Shown here piece by piece: positions 1-10,838 of a stretch of 64,000 nucleotides of DNA (positions within the stretch are counted from its first letter, which is position 1; each line of letters opens with the position of its first letter). The position numbers and the translations under genes are program-made. Under the pieces are notes generated by a model that was not told the origin of the DNA, searched no databases, and worked only from the letters and a program-made list of their open reading frames with translations. This DNA is from a virus: IMG/VR virus record IMGVR_UViG_3300045988_178965, positions 32,001 through 96,000 of that record; one strand, written 5' to 3'.

Positions 1-43
1 CGGGTGGGAGTCTGAGTTAATATTATTTGACGAATTTGGAAAG

Positions 44-1303
44 ATGAGCTCTGGATCGATGTCATTTTTAAAAGACAATAGTTCAGTTTCAGCTACGAAT
101 GGGTATGGATTTATTCCAACTAGTAATAAAATAAGACTAAAGTCGTATGTACCAGTTTCTGCATCTATCTATAAAAGAGGCCCCTCATCTGACTCTGTTT
201 ATATAAAATATGGCAACAGTAAAGACCATAAATACTATGTCACAACAACAAGGGTTGGAGAGTTGGACCACATAGAGGAAGACTCCCATAATCATGGTAT
301 AAACCTAGAAGAGGCCGGTGAACTTGCAATTGAAATCTCTCATATTACAATTGACGGAGAGAAAACAAAAATTTCATCGGATAAGGTTATAAAACTGGAT
401 TACTACCCTGTTGCCAATGTAAGTATCGATGGCTCTACCGATTACATTGTCAATGAGTATTCTGGGATCGTTATAAATAAATCCGGAGCAGAGTTAACCA
501 TTAGGTATAGTTTAGCGCCACTGGTAATTGTTCATAACGGACCAGCCGTATATACAGACGCAATAGATCCTTCGATTGTTTTAAACTTATTAGAGATAAA
601 TAACAAGTCGGAAGACAATATCGTCTCTAGCGGCAATACAATAACCTCTAAAGTAAACTTCTTTTTAGAAGCATCAGGGACTATCGATATCAATGGTGTT
701 GTATATTATCCTGGCAAAAGGCATATCCTTTCTCCTGGTCAGTATACTTTAAATCCTGCAAGTTCAGAGTGGACAAGAGAGGCTCTATCAAAAATAGGCG
801 AATCTGATATAACTGTCATCAATGATATTAAGTCGAAGCTATTAAGCAGATATAAAGCAGGCGGCGCAAATCCAATATCATATAATAGCGTAGCAAATGG
901 CGATGTGTATAAAGCAAAAGATAATCCACAGTCTGGTATTTATTCGCTTGAAGTAGTGGTAGATGATAAAGATAGAAGAATTATTCTTCCTTATTTGACA
1001 GATAAGAATTCGATATCTATTGTTAGGATCGGTCATAGAAATTCAAGAACAGAAGTTGCAGACTATGATAAAGATGATGCAGGCACAATAAAGCTCAATT
1101 CAAGTGGAAGATATATTATTAAATATACTCCAATAAAGGAAGATGAATGGGTAGAGTCAAATTCTAATATACTCAATTCAATAGTAGCTGCATTAGGAAC
1201 GCCGCAAAGAGAAGTAGAAATATATTACGGAACCGAAGAAAACGGCTCCATCGAGTATTTGAATATAGCTAACCCTATCACTATAGGTAATAACAATGGA
1301 TAA
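44..1303 (+). CDS. virion structural protein, tail/baseplate module (function unassigned)
   Basis: 419-aa ORF opening a run of tightly packed + strand ORFs. Its stop overlaps the next start (ATGGATAA). No catalytic motif recognised. Confidence 0.55.
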   Translation: MSSGSMSFLKDNSSVSATNGYGFIPTSNKIRLKSYVPVSASIYKRGPSSDSVYIKYGNSKDHKYYVTTTRVGELDHIEEDSHNHGINLEEAGELAIEISHITIDGEKTKISSDKVIKLDYYPVANVSIDGSTDYIVNEYSGIVINKSGAELTIRYSLAPLVIVHNGPAVYTDAIDPSIVLNLLEINNKSEDNIVSSGNTITSKVNFFLEASGTIDINGVVYYPGKRHILSPGQYTLNPASSEWTREALSKIGESDITVINDIKSKLLSRYKAGGANPISYNSVANGDVYKAKDNPQSGIYSLEVVVDDKDRRIILPYLTDKNSISIVRIGHRNSRTEVADYDKDDAGTIKLNSSGRYIIKYTPIKEDEWVESNSNILNSIVAALGTPQREVEIYYGTEENGSIEYLNIANPITIGNNNG

Positions 1304-4300
1304 ATTAACTCTGCTTTCAGGAAGCACAATAACCCAGCAAGGAACAATTGATGCTATAAACAGGCTTGCAGAAGCAAGTAATAGCATTAATAGCGATATC
1401 GGCGACGTAAATAATTTTACTGGGAAGTCAGACTCTCTTAATAGTACACTTGCTGGTACACTTGGCAATGGTGAACTATTAGCGCCACAAATTCCTTTCG
1501 GCGAAACCATTACAGACTTTACTGAAATCTTTAGCGGATCGTCTTCTCAAGATTTCGTATTGACACTTATACCTTTGACAGATGTAACAATTACTGCTCA
1601 ATCCGGCAAGTCATACGAAAAAGTCGATAAGACTACAATGACTAATGACTCCCATTATTCTATTAATGGTCGAAGACTAAACTTTTATAAGAATCCAGAG
1701 GGCCAATTCTCTGTAACCTATAAAGGAAGATTTCCAAGTGTTCCTGGATATGAAAAATATGTAACCAATACATATCCAAATATAGCAAGTGTAACTAATG
1801 GTAAACAGCCAAGATCAGAAGTTCAAAAGCTAGATAATACAACATATTCTGTAACAATTAAACCTACCACAAAGGTTGGCGATATTAATATCCCCAATGG
1901 TCTACAACCATCATTACCAGAAAAGGTTAGACCATATGTTGATCCAAATGGAACCAAAGAAGCTAATCCGTCTGACGTATCAGTATGGGTTAAGTCAGAT
2001 GAACGTTACCAAAGGGTATCAGATGCAGTTGTATATCTATTAAGCGACTCTACATTTAAATTTAAGACACAGATGTCTCTCCCCGAAAATCCTGAAATCG
2101 TTTTATACGTAAATGGATGGACGGTCGGGGATGGTGTAGGGCTTCTATACAAACTGTTTACTTCTCATGCCCATAACGGCGAAGACCCATCTGCTCTGTT
2201 AAGCCACTCAAAATTGGTGGATTTAATTTCTGATAGGTATGTTAGTGGACAGCCTGGATTTGGCGTCTCTAAACATAAGGGTGATGACCACCCTCATTAT
2301 TTCCATAGAGATGGTTATACGCCAGACAATCCTGGTAACTTTAATAACGCAATCCTCGGCGACGTTCTTATAGGTTCTACAAACCCTGGAGACCTCTATA
2401 ATAATACGTTGGATAATTCAAATAAACTGTTCTTCGGTTCCGTCTCTACCGGTACATCATTGATGTATGATAAAGACTTCCAAGGTATAAAATTATTTGG
2501 TGCAAATTCTGGCCTTAAAATCAATACCCATGGTCTGCCAAGTGAAGAGAAAAACCTATATGCTACTGCCATTGAATTTGATGGAAATAAGATTTACTCT
2601 ACAGGTGATAAGGGTGATGCTAAGAACGTTCTTAATATTAAGGCAAAAGACGGCTTAGTTAAAATCTCTAAAACAGATGAAGAGTTGGCATCAGTAGAGG
2701 CTAAAGATATCTCTGTTCAAGACGCATCTGTATCTGGTACTCTCGCAACTAAGGGTACAGGTGGTATCAAGGTTTCTAAGGTTGATTTCCGCAGTAATGA
2801 TGGCAATAAGGTTGAAGTATCGTCAGATGATGCTGAAGCGTCAGTTGAATTTAAGCTTCCTGTCACCTTTGACAAAATGTCCGCAAAATCTTTTAATCCT
2901 ACGTCTATAGATATAAGCGGAGATGGTTCAATTAAGTTTGGCGGCGAAGATTCTAACTCTATTAAGAGCGTAGGCGGCTCGGCAACAATCGCAGGTAAGA
3001 AACCACTTACTATTGAAGAGTCTGGTAAAAATACCGGTATCCGCTACCAACGCCAAGAAGGTCTACCATTTGCAAATGTTTATGTATCAGCAGAAAACGG
3101 TGGTCAAGCTACACAAACAGACCATGATACATACTTCGAAACTGGCAATGGTGATTTATATTTCCTAAAAGATACCACAAAGGTTAACAGCGTCCTTGGA
3201 ACCAAATATGGCTTCGGGGAACTTGCAAAAGATGGCGCAACAAGGTTAGATAATCTTACATTAATGCCAAGAGCAAATACCTTCGCTGGCACAGGTGATT
3301 TCTACAATATCAAAGTTAAAGAATCATCTTTGCGCGATAGGCAAGGTATCCACGTAGGCCCAGATGCAAATATATATGCAACAGGTGCAGATGCAGACTG
3401 TCCTCCTGGATGGCTCGTTGTAGAATCTAGGAACGGTGTAGTATTCGCCGAAACTAGAGCCGGCGAGATGAACTGTTCTAACCTGTCATATTCAGAGGTT
3501 ACAACAGGTCCATTAAAAATATTTGGCTCAGCATCTATTGATAAGAATATCGGCCTGAACGGCAATATAGATGCCGCTGGTTATATTAGCGCAGAGAGCG
3601 GAGAATTCAGAACTAAGATTTCCACAAAAGAAATTGACGTTTCAGGAAACTCAAGATTCACTGGTAAGGTTGACTTCACAGAAGATGTTGAAATTACATC
3701 TGGACTTTCTGTTGGTGGATCAATCTCAACTAAGAATAGACTTGCTGCGAATGAATTGGCAATTCAATCTAGTTCAATATTCTCAGGTCCTGCAACATTC
3801 TCAAAACAGATCAATATTGAAGGCGATATATATTCTAGAGCCGGATTTAGTGGATCTGGAACTATATCTACAACAGGTGCTATTAATGGCGACTCGGCAA
3901 AATTTAATGCAGCCACCATTGGACAGTTATCAGTAGTAAACAAACTTGATGCTAGAGCAGGTATCTCTGGTGTTGGCGATTTCGTTACAAATGGCAACTT
4001 AACTGCTGATGGCGACGTAACAGCCACAAATGCTAGATATACCGGAACTGCAACTGCATTGATGCTAAGCATAGAGAAAGATACATCTATACAAGGTGAT
4101 ATGTATGTTGGAGGCAAGGTACAGCTAAATGGTGATACCTATATAGGTTCAGATGAAAATGATAAGTTAAATGTCTTGTCTAATGCAACGTTTAACAATA
4201 ATAGAAACATCTTCCTTGGCGATGTAGAAATGTCAGCGCCGGTTTCTATTAAATCTGAATTGGATGTAATAGGTCAATCCAGCTTCCAGTCTGCAATTAA

Positions 4301-5348
4301 AGCAAAAGCAGGTCTAGATATAGATGGCCCAATTAATTCCAAGTCTAGCGCAGAGTTCTCAGCCTTAGATATTAAAGAGAATATTAGTTCAGCTGGTAAT
4401 ATATATGCCAAGGGTGATATTGTTTCTGATGGACAATTAAGAGCCGACAAAGGGGCAACCCTCTTAGGAAATTCTAATATTGGACAGCAGGGCGACAGTA
4501 TTACTATTGCCGGTGATGTAATATTCGGAAACGAAAAAACTACATTCTCTGGTGAAGTATTGATGACCGATAAGGTTACAATATCCGGAGAGACTACTCT
4601 TAACTCAAAAGTGAACGTTGAAGGTTCAATTAAGGCTAAGGGTAATCTTGATGTAGAAGGTATTGCCAATGTTAAAACAATACGCGCAGAAGCTCAATCA
4701 GAGTTTAAGGGCGGTATTATTATTGACAAGCAGGCGGATCTGAATAGTGTCTATATTAGAGACAAGGCAATTGTCGAAAAAGACTTAATCGTTTCTGGAG
4801 GGCTAAGTCTTCAGGGCGATATTACATCGATCCCATCATCAACTGCAACACTTGGACAAGTAAACGTTTCCAGAGGTGTTACACAGATAGGGGCTGCAGA
4901 GGTTAACAGCTTTGCGGGCGAAACCAGATTTAACTCCACAGTTAGCGTATCTGGCAAGATGAACGTATCTGGTGCTATAATGACAGGTAGTGAAAGATCT
5001 GGCGTTATCATTGAAAACAACACTATTCTTATGAATGGTGAAGCTTCATTGATTAAAGCAGACTCGATGTCTGTTAATAGCATAAGAGGCGACTCTACAA
5101 AAACAGTCCCAATAACCTCTTCTAATGCTGCAATGTCTAGAGAGGCAAACAACCTAAGTCGTAAGAAATTTACGACAATCAATAATGCATACATCGAAGA
5201 CTCTATGGTTGCAAACGGTAACTTGTTCTGTCTTGGTACATTGTTTGTAAGCGGTATAGAAGTAGTTGAAAATGATAAATCGAAAAACGAGCTGAATAAT
5301 AAGTCTGTTTTAAATATTATTGCAAGAAGGGCAAAATACGCTCCATGA
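1296..5348 (+). CDS. large fibrous tail/baseplate protein (tail-fibre-like)
   Basis: 1350-aa ORF. The C-terminal two-thirds is G/S/T/N/I-rich with quasi-periodic short beta-strand-like repeats (e.g. SGNSRFTGKVDFTEDVEITSGLSVGGSIST), typical of fibrous or beta-helical tail proteins. It has a His-rich patch (SHAHNGED..HSKL..DDHPHYFHRDG). The reverse-strand ORFs inside it are repeat artefacts. Confidence 0.6.
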   Translation: MDKLTLLSGSTITQQGTIDAINRLAEASNSINSDIGDVNNFTGKSDSLNSTLAGTLGNGELLAPQIPFGETITDFTEIFSGSSSQDFVLTLIPLTDVTITAQSGKSYEKVDKTTMTNDSHYSINGRRLNFYKNPEGQFSVTYKGRFPSVPGYEKYVTNTYPNIASVTNGKQPRSEVQKLDNTTYSVTIKPTTKVGDINIPNGLQPSLPEKVRPYVDPNGTKEANPSDVSVWVKSDERYQRVSDAVVYLLSDSTFKFKTQMSLPENPEIVLYVNGWTVGDGVGLLYKLFTSHAHNGEDPSALLSHSKLVDLISDRYVSGQPGFGVSKHKGDDHPHYFHRDGYTPDNPGNFNNAILGDVLIGSTNPGDLYNNTLDNSNKLFFGSVSTGTSLMYDKDFQGIKLFGANSGLKINTHGLPSEEKNLYATAIEFDGNKIYSTGDKGDAKNVLNIKAKDGLVKISKTDEELASVEAKDISVQDASVSGTLATKGTGGIKVSKVDFRSNDGNKVEVSSDDAEASVEFKLPVTFDKMSAKSFNPTSIDISGDGSIKFGGEDSNSIKSVGGSATIAGKKPLTIEESGKNTGIRYQRQEGLPFANVYVSAENGGQATQTDHDTYFETGNGDLYFLKDTTKVNSVLGTKYGFGELAKDGATRLDNLTLMPRANTFAGTGDFYNIKVKESSLRDRQGIHVGPDANIYATGADADCPPGWLVVESRNGVVFAETRAGEMNCSNLSYSEVTTGPLKIFGSASIDKNIGLNGNIDAAGYISAESGEFRTKISTKEIDVSGNSRFTGKVDFTEDVEITSGLSVGGSISTKNRLAANELAIQSSSIFSGPATFSKQINIEGDIYSRAGFSGSGTISTTGAINGDSAKFNAATIGQLSVVNKLDARAGISGVGDFVTNGNLTADGDVTATNARYTGTATALMLSIEKDTSIQGDMYVGGKVQLNGDTYIGSDENDKLNVLSNATFNNNRNIFLGDVEMSAPVSIKSELDVIGQSSFQSAIKAKAGLDIDGPINSKSSAEFSALDIKENISSAGNIYAKGDIVSDGQLRADKGATLLGNSNIGQQGDSITIAGDVIFGNEKTTFSGEVLMTDKVTISGETTLNSKVNVEGSIKAKGNLDVEGIANVKTIRAEAQSEFKGGIIIDKQADLNSVYIRDKAIVEKDLIVSGGLSLQGDITSIPSSTATLGQVNVSRGVTQIGAAEVNSFAGETRFNSTVSVSGKMNVSGAIMTGSERSGVIIENNTILMNGEASLIKADSMSVNSIRGDSTKTVPITSSNAAMSREANNLSRKKFTTINNAYIEDSMVANGNLFCLGTLFVSGIEVVENDKSKNELNNKSVLNIIARRAKYAP

Positions 5349-7036
5349 CAACAATAACCTACAATATTTCAATTGTAGGGAAAAAGCATTCAGCAGAATT
5401 TCAACAAGCCACAGACAGCAGAAATGCTGTCGTGGCTATTGATACATCTCCTTTGAATGGATCCCTAATTGAAATTGAACACAAAAGCCAAGGAGACAAA
5501 CTCAGATTTGTCAGACTTGAATCAAAATCTATATCCGGAGTTACCATTAGGTCTAGCAGCCCTGATATATTAATTACGGATATATCTCACAATGGATTTC
5601 CGCTTTGGTATAAATATCAGCTTAGAGGGGATCCAATTGTCACAGCAGAACATTGGACAAAAGACGATAAGTGGATATATAGCGATTCACCATATCTTAA
5701 TGTTAAATATGGTAGTATTGAGTTGCGCGAAATCGGAATTCCCGTATTTGTAAAAGAGTCCAATCATTTCCTAAATGCCATTAAGACAATCGACAATAGA
5801 ACATATTCTGTATCCCAAGATGCATCTGGAGAATATATTATTAGATGTAAAAAACAGAATATTTCATTCTCTAGTATATCTGGTGAAATTGCAACAATTT
5901 CTGAATATACAAATCCAAATAGCCCGATAGTAGGCATCTTTGCAAACGAATATTCTAGTGATAGGATTGCCGTAATTAATGAGCTAAAGACGAAGTATAG
6001 ATTTCAGTCTCCAGAGTTCATAGCATCAGTAATTAAAACAAATAAAATAACAGTTCCTGTAAATTCGGGTGTAGCAAAATTACCGCATAGGTATATCAAT
6101 TCTGTTAAATCTCATGCAGATAAGGACGTAGTATATAATCAAGGATTCGTACTTGTTAACCAATCATTGAAATCAATTGAGGTTGAATATGAATATATTG
6201 AGCCTGTAAACAACTATGCATCTATACCATTAAACATTATTAGAAATGCGTCTGTAGTTAAGGTCTATGCAACACCATATTCTATTACAAAGGGTGATGC
6301 AGAGGATTTTTTGAATACAGAACTTTTATTCTCTGCATTTGATAAATTTGGGGTCTGCATTTATTCAACAATGACTGGCATAGACTATTCTGCGCCGTCG
6401 GCTATTGTTATTACACCTAATTCCGTAAACGGGGTTGAATATAAAATAGGCAGTAATAATGCAAAATCAGAGACACCGCGATCATTATTCCACACTTCAC
6501 CAGAATCAGAAAAAGATACGGTATTGGAAATAGCAGAAATACGAATTAAGAAAATGAATTTAGACTATGCCATTTCCGGAAGAAGAGCTATGCCGGCGAA
6601 AGGTAGTATAGGCCTAAGGGATTTAAGGATTCCAAAGCTATCTTTCTCAAGAATAGTTTTATCTGAATATACTCCACAGTCCGTAAACTCTAACGTAACA
6701 GTAATAGACGCAAATTTATCAGCTGGATATCCAATTATTATTGGTGAAACAGAAACCGATATACTTGCAGAGATAGAAAATATAGAAGAAGAAACAGATG
6801 TTGATTTTGTCGATGATGATGATGGCCGTTTCCATAGACGGAATTCTCCTGTATTCCTTGGCGAGAATTCTAAACTATGTTTAGTTAATACATATAATAC
6901 ACATAGAGAGATTTTAGTAGAGCTTGCATCGAAAAAGCTTGATGGTAAAACATATATTAAAGCTAAAAAATCAGATTATCCTATAGGAAGAATTACAGCC
7001 GAATATATACATTTATCTAATATTCCAAAAGGTTGA
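5345..7036 (+). CDS. virion structural protein (function unassigned)
   Basis: 563-aa ORF with 4-nt overlaps at both ends (translational coupling) inside the structural block. Confidence 0.5.
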   Translation: MTTITYNISIVGKKHSAEFQQATDSRNAVVAIDTSPLNGSLIEIEHKSQGDKLRFVRLESKSISGVTIRSSSPDILITDISHNGFPLWYKYQLRGDPIVTAEHWTKDDKWIYSDSPYLNVKYGSIELREIGIPVFVKESNHFLNAIKTIDNRTYSVSQDASGEYIIRCKKQNISFSSISGEIATISEYTNPNSPIVGIFANEYSSDRIAVINELKTKYRFQSPEFIASVIKTNKITVPVNSGVAKLPHRYINSVKSHADKDVVYNQGFVLVNQSLKSIEVEYEYIEPVNNYASIPLNIIRNASVVKVYATPYSITKGDAEDFLNTELLFSAFDKFGVCIYSTMTGIDYSAPSAIVITPNSVNGVEYKIGSNNAKSETPRSLFHTSPESEKDTVLEIAEIRIKKMNLDYAISGRRAMPAKGSIGLRDLRIPKLSFSRIVLSEYTPQSVNSNVTVIDANLSAGYPIIIGETETDILAEIENIEEETDVDFVDDDDGRFHRRNSPVFLGENSKLCLVNTYNTHREILVELASKKLDGKTYIKAKKSDYPIGRITAEYIHLSNIPKG

Positions 7037-7428
7037 GTATGAAAGAGTTTATTCAGAATCATCAGTTTAACTATGTTAACGATGAACTTCAGGTCAAAGG
7101 AATAAAAGACCTAGATACTATAGGCATTTCTTATGTAACAAAAGAAATTTCAAGATTTGGAGAAACTGCTACATCTTCATCTGACTTTATAGTAGAATCA
7201 ATGGATAGAATTGAGTCTGATTTGGAGAAATGGCATAATGGTTATATAGAAAAACTCGGTATTATTAAAAGCGGGTCAGACTTTATACAGGGCAGTAACC
7301 TTTCGTCAGAAGACGCTGGCCATTATGCAATTATGGAAATTGACACCTCAGCAAGAGGAAGTATGATCTACTCTACTACTGATGAGGCATATATTATGCC
7401 ACCATATAATGAAAGGCATTTTTCATGA
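7033..7428 (+). CDS. hypothetical structural-module protein
   Basis: 131-aa ORF overlapping both neighbours by 4 nt. Confidence 0.5.
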   Translation: MSMKEFIQNHQFNYVNDELQVKGIKDLDTIGISYVTKEISRFGETATSSSDFIVESMDRIESDLEKWHNGYIEKLGIIKSGSDFIQGSNLSSEDAGHYAIMEIDTSARGSMIYSTTDEAYIMPPYNERHFS

Positions 7429-8213
7429 AAGAATTAAGAGAGACTTTGCGGCCGGGCGTATCATTCTTTAATAGAATTATAATTCGCCCTAACGTAAGAG
7501 ATGTAGTTATATCCTCAATTACAGCAATTGATTCTATGGGAAATACAAGTCCAGTGGTGTCATTTCCTATAGCAGTAGATGAGCCTCTTGTAATCAAGAA
7601 TAAACACAAAAATTCAATGGCAATTGAAATCTCTATTATTCATGAACATATCGAGGACGGAGACTCTTTATCTAAGTTTATCGATATTGATGCCAACCGA
7701 ATCTCGTCAAATGATGTCGCATCTCTAAGAACCAAAAGGGCAGAGATTCTTAACTCTGGGTCATTGAATGTTGTAATCAAGGGTGAGGATTTAGAAACTG
7801 CAATTATATCCGGTAATATCAACGTGACTGGATATTCTCGATCTGGCATAGAGTTAATGGACGAGAAAATTACCCTTGGTTTAGGTAAGACAAGAGAGGT
7901 AGTCTTAGGCAATGAGAAGTTCAAATATAAGATATCGAATGCCTATAAATATAGGGACGGCATGGTGAGTAAGGATGAGGTTGTAATAAAAGATGGCCTT
8001 ATTGAAGATAGAGATGAATCTTGCTTTTATATTGCATCGCCAGATTATAGCAATGGACTATACAAAAATGAAAATATATCCATTGATGAAAATAACTCAA
8101 TTAGAATATTAAATAATGGTGTTTATAGGATAGCTTGTTACTTAGATGCTATTGTGATCGATCCTGACAAGTCAGAACCTAACATTAAGTATGTCGGAAT
8201 AATATCGAAATGA
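7425..8213 (+). CDS. hypothetical structural-module protein
   Basis: 262-aa ORF overlapping both neighbours by 4 nt. Confidence 0.5.
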   Translation: MKELRETLRPGVSFFNRIIIRPNVRDVVISSITAIDSMGNTSPVVSFPIAVDEPLVIKNKHKNSMAIEISIIHEHIEDGDSLSKFIDIDANRISSNDVASLRTKRAEILNSGSLNVVIKGEDLETAIISGNINVTGYSRSGIELMDEKITLGLGKTREVVLGNEKFKYKISNAYKYRDGMVSKDEVVIKDGLIEDRDESCFYIASPDYSNGLYKNENISIDENNSIRILNNGVYRIACYLDAIVIDPDKSEPNIKYVGIISK

Positions 8214-10837
8214 TAAAAGACTATTTTAACTCATACTCTATTTATTCAAAGCGTCTTCCAGGATGGAGAGAACAGCTATTGTCTGATATTAAAACAAGGG
8301 CAGACAAAATTGCTACATCTGTTAATGATTCGAATAATAGAGTTGCTATGGCAATAGGTAAATTTGCAGAGGGCGTATCTGATATAAGGGAACAGATGTC
8401 AGAAGTGTCTGACTTGTATTTAACAGTTTCTACTATAAGCGGCAATACGAATAAGCAGTTCGGCATTAACAATATGCCAATCCTAAAAAATAGCGGAATT
8501 GTTATAAGTGGTAGCACAATCTCTCTGCAGACAAAAACATTCTCGCCAGTCCCTATTATTGATGTAAAAATCAGTACAAATGGGCAAGAAGGGAATTCTG
8601 CCGATTTTGATATTCCAAGATATAATGACAAAAATACAATTATATCAGACACCCAGTATGAAATAGAGAAATTTGACTCTGCTATCACGGCGGTTCTTAC
8701 AATTAATCTGCGTGATGTAAATCAGGTAAATAGAATATCGTTAATACATTCTGAATATGGTATTGATAAACCGACAGTGATGTATCTTGAGGTTTCACCT
8801 GATGGCAAACGTTTTTATAGGTCAGACTTCTCAGTGCAAGAGGTAAATGGCGTATCTCAAATAAATTTCCCAGGAGTTAATGCTACATCTGTTAAAGTAT
8901 CTTTTTTACAGAATAATCCATACACCTCAAAGAGTGGACAAACAAGATACGCTATAGGTGTTAAAAACTTGTCTATAGGTATCGCTACATCGATAGAAAG
9001 CGGAGAGGTTGTATTTGGACCTATTACACAGAAAGAAGAAATCTTAAAGGCATCAATTGCTGCATCAATTCCTACTGACAAATATTCTTTTGAAAATATC
9101 GCATTTGAAATCAGTAACGACTCTTCTACATGGTATCAAGTTTCTACACCATTCTCAGTAAGTGATCATCCTAAGCACCTAGATTTTAATACCAAGTCAG
9201 AAAATTCTATTAATACGAAGACTCCTGTAACTACATTATTCTTTAGAATAAGAATGACCGGCAGTAAACATAGCTTACCGCTTATGGCATCTAGTATTGA
9301 TAGACATATACAACAGGTTAGTCAACAGTCTCCTGTAATACAGGTTCCATTTGATTTGTCTGATAAATATATAGTATCAGAAAGACTTGGATATCAATTC
9401 GGAGAAAGAGGATCTTACTTTCTATATAACGACAATGAGAATCTTCTAGACTCTATTAGTTCAATAAAATCTGGACCAGATAGTCTTATTAAAACAGTTG
9501 CACCTATGAAAAACATTACAAGGGCAACAATAAGAGCTAACAAAATTAAATGCGCAATCGAAGGTGGGGAGATTTATAGGATCGTTCCTCCATATGCTAT
9601 TGACCCTAAATCAGCAAAAGCATATAAAGCTTCACTTCCAGTTAAAAGGGAGGTTAGAATATCGGACAGCAACAATATGGTTATACCATTTAAAGAACCT
9701 GCCGGTATATATACTCTTACAGATGGTGAAAATACAAGAAGGCTTAATCTGACATTAGGTGCATTTACATCTTGCTATGAGTGGGTATTTATGCCTTCTG
9801 ACAGAACAGTATCATTAACTGACCCATTTGGCAAAAAGGTTATGGAGTTTGAAGCAGGTAAAACTATAAACCTGTTAGATTATTTTACTGCAACCATACC
9901 GACAAGTTCAGATAAATCTAATATTAACTTAGTATTTAATAGTAGATACCCAGATGTTCTATTAAATGAAGGCGAATTTACTATTATAGATGGTAAGTTT
10001 TATTCGTCCTCTCATTCAGCCATTATAGATGGTATGTATATAAACTACGAAGAAATACCTTTGGTTATGAGATCCAATATTAACGGTATTGATTTATATA
10101 CAGAGGAAGCCAAGTTTTCAAGATCAAAAGAAAAACTGTCCAAGTTTGACGGACAGACATCTGCGAAACTTGAGCATTCTGGCCTCTTAAAAGGCGGGCT
10201 GAAATTTACAAATAAATCATCATCTCTTTTATCATTTGTAAAAGAGGTTCCATATATAAATGGTATTGATGAGTTTAAATCTTCAAGTAAGGCAAATATA
10301 CTTATTCCAAAATCTGTAAATAGATTTAGTCTTGGCAGACTTGTAAATCACTTCGAAGATATTGAAGTCACTGGCGGTGTTGAGCAATTAAGTTCAAAAG
10401 TTTTCAGTAGAGATGAATTAATCTATCGCGGCGACTATATGCTTGAAGATATAGGCAACGAGACATTCGTTCAGCTACCAGATGGCATCAAAACAGACGA
10501 TATTATTGATACATTTATATCTGTAAATATCGCAGACTCAAACGGCTCAAGTGGGTTATACTCTATTGACTATACAAACGGTATGCTGTATTCTCAATCT
10601 ACAATTAGTGGCGAGTCAGAGGTGGAATATATCTATTCAAATATCTTTATATCGGGCTTTCCAATTAAAGTTCTGGATAAGAAATCATACACGGTAAATG
10701 AGCGTCAAGTAGAACTAAAAGATGCAACAATGGACACTGAGTATGTTGTACTATCGGAAAGTAAAACAGATAAAAGTGCAGAAATTTTACGCTCTCCAAC
10801 ATTAAAGAATTTAACATTAAACACAGTAACGGTATAA
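8210..10837 (+). CDS. large virion structural protein, possible carbohydrate-binding jelly-roll segment
   Basis: 875-aa ORF. The stretch VNRISLIHSEYG..MYLEVSPDGKRFYRSDF..ATSVKVSFLQNN resembles discoidin or galactose-binding-like domains. This is a weak by-eye call. Confidence 0.45.
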   Translation: MIKDYFNSYSIYSKRLPGWREQLLSDIKTRADKIATSVNDSNNRVAMAIGKFAEGVSDIREQMSEVSDLYLTVSTISGNTNKQFGINNMPILKNSGIVISGSTISLQTKTFSPVPIIDVKISTNGQEGNSADFDIPRYNDKNTIISDTQYEIEKFDSAITAVLTINLRDVNQVNRISLIHSEYGIDKPTVMYLEVSPDGKRFYRSDFSVQEVNGVSQINFPGVNATSVKVSFLQNNPYTSKSGQTRYAIGVKNLSIGIATSIESGEVVFGPITQKEEILKASIAASIPTDKYSFENIAFEISNDSSTWYQVSTPFSVSDHPKHLDFNTKSENSINTKTPVTTLFFRIRMTGSKHSLPLMASSIDRHIQQVSQQSPVIQVPFDLSDKYIVSERLGYQFGERGSYFLYNDNENLLDSISSIKSGPDSLIKTVAPMKNITRATIRANKIKCAIEGGEIYRIVPPYAIDPKSAKAYKASLPVKREVRISDSNNMVIPFKEPAGIYTLTDGENTRRLNLTLGAFTSCYEWVFMPSDRTVSLTDPFGKKVMEFEAGKTINLLDYFTATIPTSSDKSNINLVFNSRYPDVLLNEGEFTIIDGKFYSSSHSAIIDGMYINYEEIPLVMRSNINGIDLYTEEAKFSRSKEKLSKFDGQTSAKLEHSGLLKGGLKFTNKSSSLLSFVKEVPYINGIDEFKSSSKANILIPKSVNRFSLGRLVNHFEDIEVTGGVEQLSSKVFSRDELIYRGDYMLEDIGNETFVQLPDGIKTDDIIDTFISVNIADSNGSSGLYSIDYTNGMLYSQSTISGESEVEYIYSNIFISGFPIKVLDKKSYTVNERQVELKDATMDTEYVVLSESKTDKSAEILRSPTLKNLTLNTVTV

Positions 10838-10838
10838 A

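Noticed and set aside
1193-5194. Reverse-strand ORFs of 62-131 aa inside the 1350-aa fibre gene and neighbours (e.g. 1193-1510, 3764-4117, 4274-4669, 4811-5194), plus the + strand alternative-frame ORF 3571-3936.
   Set aside because: They are embedded in a long, continuous + strand ORF with repetitive composition. Their translations are low-complexity mirror images of that ORF.
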